Assembly: GCF_964355755.1 (NCBI RefSeq)
Contig: NC_092674.1
Span: forward strand, 10,168,001-10,232,000
DNA from: Antedon mediterranea
Lineage: Eukaryota; Animalia; Echinodermata
Length of the DNA stretch: 64,000 nt
Direction of reading: 5' to 3'
The translations under genes were made by a program, and so were the position numbers. Under the pieces are notes generated by a model. The model ran no database searches. It saw nothing but the letters and a program-made list of their open reading frames with translations, and had not been told where the DNA came from. The stretch's first letter is position 1; each line of letters begins with the position of its first letter. This document shows, piece after piece, positions 21,901 through 32,847 of this stretch.

Positions 21901-24220
21901 AGTATTTATAACAGAAAAACCAATGTGCATTTATACTAAGAAAACAATCCCTAAATATGTTTTCTGTTAGTATTCTTGATCAATTGATGTGACGGTTCAG
22001 TCTAATTACCGAAAACAACCGAAAATAACTGAAAACAACCACAAACAACCGTAAACAAACCAAAACAAAATTAAACAAGAAATATTTCTTACAAAAAACG
22101 CTGCTCGCTTATTGACGTAACAGTTTTAAAGATATATTGTCCCTCTGATAAATATTTTTTATTTCAAATTTGTCTCATTTTATTGTCACATAATAGTTAT
22201 TTTACCTGAAAAAATGTAATTTAAAGCAAAAAATACTTAAATTGTCTGTCGTCAGACAATGGTATTTGAGTTATAATTAAATGTTTCTTTTCTTTTTTTA
22301 TAATGTGAAATATTATTGTTTTGTTACAGAGTCTGTGTTTCATATCAGTCACTTTAGTTTATTTTATTGCTAAGGTCAAGTCTGGGGGTCACTTCATCAT
22401 GCCTAGATACTTCATTCAAGTGTGAAGTATCATCTGATTATCCTTATATAATATCATGGGACTCATAAATACCACAAATGCTTTGGGATTTGTCATTCAA
22501 CCGTTAGACTCTTTCCCAGACGTTTTTTGGTGGTACCTATAAATTACAGTCGAGTATGCATTTTAGCAAAACTGTCAACCTTAGATATATAACTGCTGCT
22601 TTACTTTCGGTTTCTTAATGAGTCATCCTCCTGGGACGTAGCGGGCTAAAGCAGCAGCGTGAAAAATCTAAATACCGAAAACAAAACATTAAACAAAATA
22701 TATATATTTCAAATTACACAAACCAACAGTGGTGTTGGTAGTCTATGAGTGAGATACCTACCTGTATAGACTCTACATATGCCATTATTCCCAATATGGA
22801 CACCCCTCGAAAGGAAAATGAAATAGTCCAGGCGCCGTAGCGGGCCGTACAAACGTCTCTCACGCATGACGTCATCGTCCTCATATTCCGAGATCCACGT
22901 GATCACGGCGAAGGGAGGCGGGAGGGATTGCTATACAGGTAGGTATCTCACTCATAGACTACCAACACCACTGTTGGTTTGTGTAGTCTATTTCGTGAGA
23001 TCCCTACCTGTATAGACTCTACATATGGCAGAGTAGCACCGGCATCAGGAGGGCGCGATTATGATTAAACCCAAACTTACCCTATTTAGAAGGCCGACAA
23101 ATAGCCGACGCTACGGTCGCCTGGGACGACACAACGTCCTGAAGGTAGCAAGATGAAAAAGTGGTCTGAGCTCTCCACCATGCTGCCGCTAAAATATCCA
23201 AAACGGGCACACCCCGAAATAACGCCCACGAAGCCACTGAGCCGCGCACCTCGTGCATATGAGCTGGCGGCGGCAAGCGTGAAGATGCATACGCTGACTT
23301 GATGGCGGAAACGACCCAACGGGCTATCGTATCCTTAGAGGCGGGGCCATGGGGTTTTGTTGTCGTCACAAACAGATGTGACACTCCGTTTCGTAAATGT
23401 TGCGTGCGATTAACATATGTCTGCATCGCACGCACTGGGCACCAAAGCCTACAAGGGGGGCTAGAGTGCGCCAAGGCCCACTCATCGGCGGTAATGAATT
23501 TCGCCGCAGGTCAGCGTATGCATATCTCGCAGGTTGCAGATTGGCTGCATTTGCGGCAGCGCGGGCACGCCAAATGGCGGTCCAGTTTCGTGGACGGGCG
23601 GGGCCCGCCACACACGGAACAGGCTGCGGCTTTACGAGCAGACATGGCTACAAACAATAAGGATACTGTTGATAGAAGCTTCCTTCACAAGAATGCTGCT
23701 AAACACAATAAAGTCCACAAAGGTATGCGTTACTAGCCAGGTGTCCTTTGTTATTGTTCTTTTAATTAGTTTTCCTTCAAGGTTTCAAGGTGACACGTCC
23801 GCTTTCCATGGAAAGTGAAAGGAATATGAGGACGATGTCATGCGTGAGAGACGTTTGTACGGCCCGCTGGACTATTCCATTTTCCTTTCGAGGGGTGTCC
23901 ATATTGGGAATAATGGCATATGTAGAGTCTATACAGGTAGGGATCTCACGAAATAGACATATATATTTTGTTTAATGTCGCCCTCTACTGATGGGTGTTT
24001 CTAAAGTTTTCGGTAATTAGACTGACTGGATGTGACGTTCTTTGCAAGTCGACATGTTATTGTTATGTTCAATTTTAGTTTTTTTTCTTACCGTCTTCCC
24101 AGCACCGTTTTGACCAACAATAAGGGTGAGTGGGGTGTAGAACTCAATAACTTGCATGTCACCATCTTCCTGACCAAAACTTCTTATCCCCTGAATACTA
24201 AGTTTTTTGATTGAAGACAT
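791..24220 (-). CDS. RAD50: DNA repair protein RAD50 (MRN complex SMC-like ATPase), 37 coding exons in window, 3'-partial
   Basis: Exons read manually, all GT-AG and phase-consistent (5'->3' of gene): 24092-24220, 21754-21837, 21248-21349, 20384-20446, 19842-19883, 19425-19498, 18427-18532, 17562-17630, 16969-17058, 16446-16506, 15987-16064, 15532-15608, 14845-14946, 12653-12722, 12457-12557, 11817-11921, 11311-11412, 11076-11188, 10885-10983, 10498-10584, 10311-10403, 9619-9744, 9116-9251, 8901-9014, 8554-8646, 7963-8110, 7576-7633, 6821-7022, 6635-6664, 6106-6186, 5949-6007, 5441-5588, 5046-5219, 3947-4072, 3566-3618, 3119-3204, 791-933 (3624 nt). Motifs: Walker [10 protein letters not shown]-loop [11 protein letters not shown], zinc hook CPLC, signature [10 protein letters not shown]. 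Walker B exons lie beyond position 1. Confidence 0.97.
1014..2898. repeat. 69/70-bp tandem repeat, about 27 copies, with 628-bp higher-order period, in the last RAD50 intron inside the window
   Basis: Unit ACACGCCTGGGCTTCAACACGGGCACCTTGTATGGTGTGCAATCCGGTGTGTGTAAACTCCAAAGTTTAC; near-identical ORF-track entries recur at 1379, 2007 and 2635. Confidence 0.97.
3290..3452 (-). mobile_element. Degenerate SINE fragment (CORE-like plus Deu-like segments)
   Basis: Minus strand reads CCTTAGGCAAGATGCTTTACTCTCATTGCCTC...CAGATGGGATGTAAAGCCGTTGGTC; the first block is shared with 19256-19290. Confidence 0.45.
4800..4966 (+). mobile_element. Helentron-associated (HINE-like) non-autonomous element fragment
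   Basis: (AAAC)n plus terminal hairpin TACCTCCTTGGCAGAGGTA; inverted copy at 62993-63180. Confidence 0.6.
8771..8860 (-). mobile_element. 3' fragment of the Deu-like SINE family
   Basis: Reverse complement resembles the tail at about 115-205. Confidence 0.6.
9116..9251 (-). CDS. RAD50: RAD50 zinc-hook exon
   Basis: [45 protein letters not shown]; CxxC hook in the middle of the coiled coil. Confidence 0.95.
12982..14436 (+). mobile_element. Non-autonomous Helitron-like element
   Basis: 5' TCTATATATA; 3' hairpin CTAGATGGTACGCGAGCGAAGCGAGCGTACCATCTAG ending CTAG|T; no target-site duplication (TSD); 5' edge uncertain. Confidence 0.55.
14555..14736 (-). mobile_element. Deu-like SINE (second tail type)
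   Basis: TTATAGTCCTTATCCGAGAAGAC core; GGCACATGTGG tail shared with 20078. Confidence 0.6.
15021..15164. mobile_element. PIF/Harbinger-like MITE
   Basis: TIRs AGCTCTGCCTACAC / GTATAGACAGAGCT with TAA TSD; relatives at about 12250-12322, 24710-24766 and 47735-47894. Confidence 0.7.
15190..15393. mobile_element. Degenerate MITE related to 61048-61203
   Basis: Shared CGTCATGTTA...CATTGTGCGCA.GCAGGAATA and AGCTTT/AAGCTC ends. Confidence 0.45.
16164..16389. mobile_element. Tc1/mariner-like MITE
   Basis: TA|CAGTAGAGCC...GGCTCTACTG|TA; internal AAGTGTCCCCTTA repeats; related pieces at about 8413-8522 and 611-640. Confidence 0.7.
17255..17450. mobile_element. Harbinger-like MITE
   Basis: Imperfect TIRs AGCTTGGTTCTCACTAG / CTAGTGGGAACCACGCT; similar left ends at about 51378 and 63865. 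Confidence 0.55.
19200..19410 (+). mobile_element. tRNA-derived SINE with CORE-like block and L2-like tail
   Basis: A-box GTGGCTCAGTG; GTGTCCTTAGGCAAGACA; tail GAGCGCTGTATAAGAA..(TAT)n. Confidence 0.55.
19555..19815. repeat. Degenerate AT-rich tandem repeat
   Basis: Recurring GTTAATTT(G/A)CATAAACAAATTTAAAT. Confidence 0.55.
20078..20320 (-). mobile_element. Near full-length tRNA-headed Deu-like SINE
   Basis: Minus strand: A-box TGGCTTAGC, B-box GGTTCGATGCC, then the CTCGGATAAGGACTATAA core. Confidence 0.7.
20628..20900 (+). mobile_element. 5S rRNA-derived SINE (SINE3-like), degenerate
   Basis: TAAGCA...GGATAGGAGACCGTCTGGGAATCACGTTGGGTGCTGTA matches the 3' half of 5S rRNA and is followed by a non-5S body; 3' edge uncertain. 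Confidence 0.6.
21445..21640. repeat. About 19-bp minisatellite, roughly 9-10 degenerate copies
   Basis: CAGTCGA(A/G)TAAGT(G/C)CCA repeated. Confidence 0.8.
22715..23958 (-). mobile_element. Internally deleted miniature DIRS1-type tyrosine-recombinase retrotransposon
   Basis: ITRs at about 22741-22889 and 23821-23958; ICR 22931-23027 is the reverse complement of both termini joined; residual YR C-terminus (CPVRA...LFV...ASKDTIARW...HEVR...WA...TF...Y) and Gag zinc finger; no TSD. Confidence 0.92.
23082..23645 (-). pseudogene. Gag N-terminal zinc finger fused in frame to tyrosine recombinase C-terminus, one internal TGA
   Basis: [12 protein letters not shown]...[12 protein letters not shown]...CEICIR*PAAKF... 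continues in frame into ORF 23082..23474; TGA at 23511-23513. Confidence 0.8.
24092..24220 (-). CDS. RAD50: RAD50 first coding exon (Walker A)
   Basis: [16 protein letters not shown]...[11 protein letters not shown] followed by a GTAAG donor at 24091. Confidence 0.97.
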
Positions 24221-27200
24221 TACGTTTGTTTACATTTAGGTATTCCGATTTCTTACAATCGCAATAGGTGCCTTGCCCTAAAATGTTAAAAATATTATCA
24301 ATCAATGCATTAGTTTATTTAAAAGGAAGCTTCAGTCCAACTGTACATTGATTGTCAAAATGTCATTGTTCGCAACTGCCTTTTCACCAAATTATTTATT
24401 AATAAAACTGACTGACTGTACTTTGTTTGAAAAATGTGTAATTTCACTCTTCCCTGATCTATTTTTTTTTTTTTTTTTAAACCATATTTAAATTTAATGA
24501 GGGTGATCCATCCAGCTATTGCTGATCATTAGGGACCCTCAGAGGTTCACAAGACAAACATATACACAAGATGCTCTACATAAACAAAGTCTTATTACAA
24601 GTCTTTGTTTGGGATCGGAGTTGAGTAATTTGGTCCTTAGAAAAAATCCTGACATAATGTCACGGGACTTTAACCCAAACAAAGCATCATAACCACCAAG
24701 CCACAACTCCACTATCAAACTTTATTATGTGACAAAATAACTAGGTTGATATTGTAGACAGAGCTTTAGTTACGCCTAGCCTAGACAGTTAGTAGGAGGC
24801 TTTTTCATTCTAATCGTCGGGTGGGAATTTCCCAGTCCGGCAGCAGCCAACCACCAAGTCGGATGCCATTCAGATTGCCTAGCCTAGCTAGATTCTCTAG
24901 GCTTAATAAGAAGCTGGGTAGTACTGCACGCCTCGCCCTAGCCAATGCAGTAACTATAACTACTACTGCAGTACACTCACTTCTTGAAATTAGCTTTTTA
25001 TATGACAAATGTAAACTAAAACTGTTTACCTTTAATTAGTTTACCAAAGGTGAATGTGTTTATTTACTCCACATGTTTTCTTCGCGCGCGATCGACAGTA
25101 CAATTCTTAAGCAAGTGGGTAGAGGGCGTCTTTCAAAACACAAACACTGAAAAGTCTGCTAAAATGAGTAGGCCTAGACTCTCTAATTAGACTTAACTTT
25201 AAATGCTTTTAAGTTCCAATAAAAAGAAATTCAGTAAGAAACTGCACATATTTGCCAAGTAAAAGAGAAATTATATAATAGGGTGGGGCGTTTTGCAATT
25301 TGTTTTAATATGAAAAAAAAATAATAATTATGATTTATTCTTTTAATTTTTATTCAGGCAAATTAAGATAACCTGATTAGTTTTAACATTCTTCTCAAGG
25401 GTGGCAATCCTGTTTACTCGACAAACAAGATGCTCTACATAAACAAAGTCTTTGTCAGTGGAATTGTGAAGATTTTATATGTAGTATATTTTTTTAATTA
25501 AAATTATGTTGAATTGAAAAATAGAATTAGAATAGAATTGCAGTACGGGCACAACTTATTGTTGAAACGGCGAACGTTTGTATTTATGTTAGGCTAGGCT
25601 TATACAAATGTTTTTTCTTCTTTCATGGGTTTGTCCCACTTTTATTGTCATATAATATATTCTTAATATACATACAATACTTACACTTTTTGGTAAAATG
25701 TTCCCCATATTTATATACTCAATACATTGAACAAAAAGACCGACAACAATCAACAAAAGAAAAGTTCGTCAGTTTAAAAAAAAGCCAGCTAACATTGAAA
25801 AATATATAAATAGTTTATATTGTTGTATTCAGTCAGTTAAATTTTTCCATTTGTGTTCAAATGTTTCCAGAGTCGCATTTTTTTATGAAAACATTTTTCT
25901 ACATTATATTTCGATTTCTCAATACATATTAACAATTTGTAAAATAAATCCCTTTTCCTCCATTTAAACATTTGTAGATGATGAAATGGCAAGAAAAGAT
26001 ATTAAAATTGTTGCTTAAAATTGTTGCTTCGGCTATAAACTCAGAGTAGAAGGAATAATTAAATATATCATCTCTTTTACCAAGACAAAATGGATGAAGT
26101 TAATGAGATGAATACAACAGTTTGGAAACAATATATTTAGAATGACAGCAGCATGGAATGGATATTATGAGAACCGTAAGGTTAGAGTCCATACAATGTG
26201 CTAATGTTAGCCCTATTAGAGAACATTGTATGAACCAAACATCCGGGTCGCTCTGAGGTTTATGGGTCTACCCGTCCTTTTTTTCTGAACTTTAACTCCC
26301 ATTCATTGAAACCCATTTCCTTTATTCTGCTAACAGGCACTGTGACAGGAATAGGCTTAATACCCGATAGAAGTGTAACTTGTGTCGTATACCTTAATTG
26401 GTGTTTTCTAATATACCTGGTCTTAGATAACCAATCAAATCAGGTTATGAGGCCTTTTACCCGCTCTATTTTGCCTGTGAAGGAAATATAGTATTTCTGA
26501 AAAGATCGTACATGAAGTCATTACTCCCAAATACTTCCTTATTGTGTTACCACACCCGCGACAAGTGTTAAATAATTTAATACACATCTAATTGCAAATC
26601 CAGATGATATCATACGATTATGGATTGGGTCTCTGTAGTTCAATCAGTGCAATAACTTTTACGAGTCACATACACACACAGTTCGGATGATTCGTCGCTG
26701 GTTTTGATATCATTTTTTGTTTCACATAGGCTATATTACGTATAAAAAGCACTTAACTAGAACATCTTATTTGATAAGCTCCGTTAATGTGGAAACTAAA
26801 AAAAAAACTTTTAATGCATGAACATCCAGGACATTACATACCAAGGAAGAGTGAAATACATAGACAAAAACCATGAAGTACATTTTAATTACAGAAAAAT
26901 ATTTAGATTAGTATTCTTTTATTTGGTGGTGAAGACCCGACCGCCCTTTCTTGTGGCATCGGTATATGGGATAATACTTTTCCGTTTATTACCGTATACT
27001 TAAACGAAGGTCTCGTATAGGAAGCCATACAACCGGGTATTCCTCGTTTCCAGAAAAACTTAAACCACCAACATATAAATCTAAACAACTATTAATCCCA
27101 AAGAATTCTTTATGATATGATAAAATAAATAAAAATTAAAATGTCACGTATATAATTGAAGGTACGTGGCATTTGAGTCGTTGGCACATACATTACAGAG

Positions 27201-28115
27201 AATTACTGCATATAATATACTGTACATTCATAATAAATAAAAGTGCACACAGTAGTAGCAACGAATTTAATTTATCTTTGGAATTTTGAGTTAAATGAAT
27301 GAATATAACTAACAAACAAGCAAGTTTGCTAAATTGTTATTTAAAAATCAAAATTATGAATTTATTGTCGATGGATGGATGGCAATTTACTTATCATGAA
27401 ACTATGCACCGTGACAGTAATTGAGGTGATTCATTTTTAATTCTTCTTAGAAACTCACAAACCTCATTTTTTATTGATGAAGAAATAAAAGTGGTTCGAA
27501 CCTACATAAGACAACAAAAAAAACTAACTATGCCTGTAAGTTATGTACTGCCAGTCTGTGCACCTTCATTTCAACATTTATTTCAACAAAAATCACAAAC
27601 ATCAACAAATGTATAAAACAAAACAACAAAGTATCATTTGGTCGAGGAACGACGTAGGGACTCAAATATGTCCGTCATTGATTTAAACAAACTACGATTA
27701 TGGCATTCCATCAACAGTAAATTTAAATAACTAATAACGAAAATAAGGCAAAACTTTTACTTTAAAGTTTCAAAATATCAAAAGTAAAAGAACTATTAAC
27801 GAAACAACTAAAAACAAATAAATGAGGAAAAACTTTGACCTTTAACTAAAAAATTAGTTTACATCTGCAATATGACATTCCATCAACAGTGAAATAACAT
27901 CAATGAAAGAATGAAAACAAATAAATTATAGAAAATTGTATTTCACATAAACTATGAAATTTAGATATGCTGTGCAATAGTTTAATTAACAGTGTAATAA
28001 TAATATTAACGAATTTATAATGTTTGTTGTAACTAATTTAAAAAGAGTATCTTAAAGATTTCGGAAATTAATTACTACCTGTTTTCTAAGTTTTTTTTTA
28101 CACCTTAAACCTTAA

Positions 28116-31100
28116 AGAGCCATTGTCTGTAAGAATCAAAGAAATATCAAAAAGAGTGGCAGACTCAAAAAAATGGATTTCTTTCAAATTTTGCACATGG
28201 CTATATATGTGTTGAGAGAAATCAAATATGAAGTATTTTTTTTTTCACATGTATATTTCCAAGGCAACGGCCAAATTTGTGTTTTTGACAAATTTTGTCC
28301 TTTTTTAAGGTTTTTTAAAATGGATATTGGTACTATTTTGATGAACGATATTTTTGTTTTCTTCATTTAATTATAAAAAATAATTAGTGTATGCATAATA
28401 ACAATGCATTGTTTACCTGTTTCAAATTTTTTAATTTTTTTTTATTTCATACTTTGGGAGATACCATTTATTTAAAAAGGGGTGTTTTTCACTTTTTTTA
28501 AATTGTTCAATGCAACTAAACTTTACTTCACCATAACGCCCAAAGTGGTGTATTTTTTTAGCTGATTTATTACAAATAGGTAGTTCTAATGTTTAATAAT
28601 TGATTTCTAAAATAAAATACTGGGGTAAATTTAAAATCTACAAGCAGTGTTGCGAGAAACATAGGCATTTTTATAAAAAAAAAACATGGTATATTAGTAA
28701 AAACATTTTATTTTCTTTGATTATTTGATTTGAAACTCATTGGTCAGAAAAATTCTTAATGTTTTATATAGTTCTAGTTGTGTTGTGAGAAAAAAAATAA
28801 ATCTTTAATTATAGATTCTGTAATTCCCAGTTTTAATGTCATTTTATAGGTTATATCCTCTGGAAATTTGAATAAATTATCAGATCGTTGTGAATTTTAA
28901 TCTTTGCAACAGATTACTCCTTTCTTATTTTGAAGCTCCTCTTTCATTTGTTTACTTCTTTTATTTACTAACCTAAGCAGATCCCACATGCCCATCCACC
29001 ACCACTTTCGACTACCACCCTCCCTCCGCCCCTCCCGCACCCCGACTATAACCACAAAAAGATAAACTGCAACACTTTGGTCGATCATCCACTATAGAGT
29101 GTCAAATGCATGCATTCAAGCACCACCCACACTGCCGCTGGTATCGCCTTAATGAATAGACGGATTCAAACTCCTCCATCCCACCCCCTCCCCTTTCTCC
29201 AAGCCCCCACCCACCCCAACTTAAAAATTGCAATGCAAAAGATAGGACATAAAGTTAAGTTTTTAGACCCTCGCCTTCAACCCCCTAACTATTTAAAAGT
29301 CCTGGATCCACCACTTTCCCCTCCCCAAAATAGAACCAATCAAAAGTCAATGATATACTCATGGTATGTTAATGCTACATAACAAATATTGAAGCCCTGA
29401 TTTGAAATTTCATTTCATTTAAGATCAGCATGTAAAATATCACACTTTATTATTAAATATTGGTTTTAAATTCTATATTTTTTTACTGTGATGGTTGGAT
29501 TCAGTATTAATTATTAATTAATAATTATCTGATATTTATTTAATTTCCCTTAGTTATACATATCAACAGTTACTATGGTAACTAAAATTGAGATATTCTT
29601 TAGATTTTGCATATTTATCTCATACAAATTTAAATTTGTAGATTATTAGCAGGCATGCCTTATTTGCATTTTCAAATTACCGTTTCACAAGGTCATATTC
29701 GTAAGCACTTTCTTCTGTGATTATTTTTATTCATGAAAACCCCATATTTTATTTACAGCGGCCACCTCCCTTATAACGGACGCACTTTGAAAAGCCTGTT
29801 TGTTCTTCCTATCTAATTAGTGCATTTGGTGCTTACCGTAAGCAGCTGGGGCACCTTTTTATACAAAAAATGAGATTTTTTGTAAGCGGCCAATCGAAAA
29901 ATGTGATACTTATTGCATGGACCTATGAATTAGAGGTGCATGTTTATTGTATTTCTTTATATATTAGCTTTATTTTGAAGAGGTTTTAAAAACATTACTG
30001 TGAAGAGATGAGAAAACTACACAGATTTTGACCGACCCTTTTTCATATGATAAAAGTTTTTAAAATTTGTCTGAAAATGCTAAAAAATACTAAACCACCT
30101 GATTATAAATAATAATAGGCCTACAATTATAAGCGGCCACTTTTCCAGGTCCCGAGGGTGGCCACTTACGGGAGGTTAAACTGTATTTAAAAAAAACAAT
30201 TATCCTTAGTTATGCATAGAAACAGGTTCTAAGATACAATAAATAATACATTTTGACATAACTTGACCCAACAAATGACCCTTTCACAAGGTCAGACATT
30301 TTCTGGGATTCAGTAGATAAGTAAATTTGGGAAAAGATAGTAAAGCTATGTAATCAATTGTTTGTAGTCATGAAACCCCATATTAAAAATATTGTACTTA
30401 GTTACGTATAGAAACAGTTGCTACAATACACTATAGGTAAAATGTTGATGTCATTTGACCTCAATATGTAAAACTTTTTTTTTTCATGAAAACTCCATAT
30501 TTAATTTTTTTTTTTAAATATCATTAGTTACGTAAACAGGTTTAAGATAACACTAAAGGTCATTTTTTTTACCTTTATTCAGATTCGTCAAGACTTTCTT
30601 TCTGAGATTATTAGGATTCAGTATTTAAAGTAAATTTGGCAAAAAGTAGAAATGTAAAACTATGTAGAAAAAATGTTTTGTATTTATGAAAAACCCCTTA
30701 TTTTTTGGAAATTTTCACATAGAAACAGTTACTATGGTAAAAAATGAATAAATAATGAATGAATGAATTTACAAGGTCAAGTTTGTCATTAATGGAATGC
30801 AGTAGAAGTAAAATTGAGAAAAATTACAAATGCAATCAATTCTTTGTATTTATAAAAACGCCATTTTTTACGTTTAAAAAAACATTACTTTCCTTAGTTA
30901 CACATAGAAATGGTTGCTAAGGTAACACTATAGGTAAAATATGAAAATTGTTGAGAATTGTTATGAACTATCCTGTAAATTTTGATCAAACATTAATAGT
31001 TGTAGTAAAGTGGGGACCTGTCCTGTTTTGCATTCTGACCCCTTTTGACCTCAAATGACATATTTACAAGGTCAGATTTTTTTGGAGGTCTTTCTGTATC

Positions 31101-31926
31101 TCTTTACACAAAATAGATTTAAAAATTTATAAAAACCATTGACGCAATTATTTCCAAGTTTAACATTATTTGCCATCAACTAAATATTTCAATGCAAAAT
31201 ACTGTTTTTCTGGCAATTAATTGAAATAAACCTGGCAACACATTCTCCTATTTTATCTAAACTATTTGTATGACTCTAGTAGCATTATGACAAGCCACAT
31301 ATACATTTTATTATTGGATTAGCCATATTTAAATTGTGTTTCATGTGTTTTGTTTGTTGATATTTTGTTATATTTTTTGTATTTTTCGTATTTTCCTGGC
31401 AACACAAAACCTATGTACGAAATTTACCCCAGTGTTTTTTTCGTGATTATTGTTTACACACCTATTTACTATCAAATTAAAAAACCTCATTGATTTAAAA
31501 ACACCACTTTGGAAGTTATAGGTACGTTTATGAGGTATACTTTTATAAAAAAATATTTTTTTAAAACACCCCTTTTTAAAATAATGGTATCAACCAAACT
31601 CCATTTTGTAATTTATTTTTTTTCTACATTAAATGGAACTTAATACATGTTGTTTACACTGTTATAAACAAAAACTGTATACTGTAAGTATTTTTGGTTA
31701 AAATAAGTATACAAGTTTGTACTTTTTCACTATAGAAAATCTGTGAAAAATGGCAAAAACATCAAAATTTGGATAATTGACCGTTGTCATGGCAACGGAG
31801 GCTAAAAATTAAAATGAATGTTGTAGATATGCTTTTTATTGAAATGTCTATTCATGGTAAAAATTTGAGAGAAATCCATTTTTTTACATCTGCCACCAAA
31901 TCTTTGATTTTTACAGACAATGGCTC
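28116..31926. mobile_element. Non-autonomous TIR DNA transposon, Kolobok-like, about 3.8 kb
   Basis: TTAA|AGAGCCATTGTCTGTAAGAATCAAAGA ... TCTTTGATTTTTACAGACAATGGCTCT|TAA; imperfect inverted homology extends several hundred bp (GATACCATTATTTAAAAAGGGGTGTTTT vs about 31563-31590); internal degenerate repeats; no transposase ORF. Confidence 0.75.
29756..30183. mobile_element. Tc1/mariner-like MITE nested in the Kolobok-like element
   Basis: TACAG...ACCTCCCTTA / TACGGGAGGTTAAACTGTA ends; GCGGCCAC repeats. Confidence 0.5.
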
Positions 31927-32847
31927 TTAAATTTTAACCATATCTTAGTTTTGGAGAAGATTTTCTTTAAAAATTACCTCCTGTAGAAACGTGATGTCAC
32001 AGATACCTGCGAAATAGTTATAATAGGTCCTATTGTTTAAATAAAGGATAAAGGTAACTACAATAAACTGAAAGTATGACTATTGCTCGGGCGGAAAGAT
32101 ATAAACGAAAACCAATTACAACTCTTAAATAGCTAATTGTAATGAACGAATTTTGATTTTAACATATACAATTAATAGAATTATTTATTTTTTAACTAGT
32201 TATTTAAATATATTTTTATAGGCTTAATCTTTTTTTAAAATAAATGTTTAGCTTGTAATGACATATTATATATAATATATCATTTTTATATCTTGTTTTT
32301 TTTTTTCTTCCGGCTGCTTGTTTGCGGTAAACTATAGTGAACTTCCTAATAAACGGAAATATTTAAAGTTGTGAAAGTTTCTTCTGTGTTGTTTACTATA
32401 ACCTTCCTGGAGTACAAATGTACAATATAACAATATTCACTTTGAAGATACAGACATTTTTCCCCAGTGCAATCTTTATTCCTACCATTCCAATATTTTC
32501 TACTGAACTTGAATAAAGTTTATATAACTTTAATAAAGGGAATTAAAAATAATGTTTCACTGTGTTAAATACGTGAGAGGGTTGATGTGGCTGTGTTGTA
32601 TCTGGTACGTACTGCGCATGTAACTAGGTTAAATAATCATTCTGCGCATGCTCTTATGTTTTCTGATCGGCAGTGACTGGCGTTTTGAAAACGCTACTGG
32701 TTTAATATGGTGTAATCAATCCCAGTGAACTGTATTGACTCCAATACAATACATCGTACTACTTCCGCTATTGGTATATATTCCCACAGTACATACAACA
32801 ATTTCCTACACTATTTCCAATTAAATCATACGATACTTCTTTCCAAC

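Noticed and set aside
23299-23975. Plus-strand ORFs (145, 87, 94 and 61 aa)
   Set aside because: Antisense shadows of the GC-rich DIRS sequence
24805-25039. Divergent gene head-to-head with RAD50
   Set aside because: Short ORFs built partly on GCCTA repeats, with no recognisable motif or downstream exons
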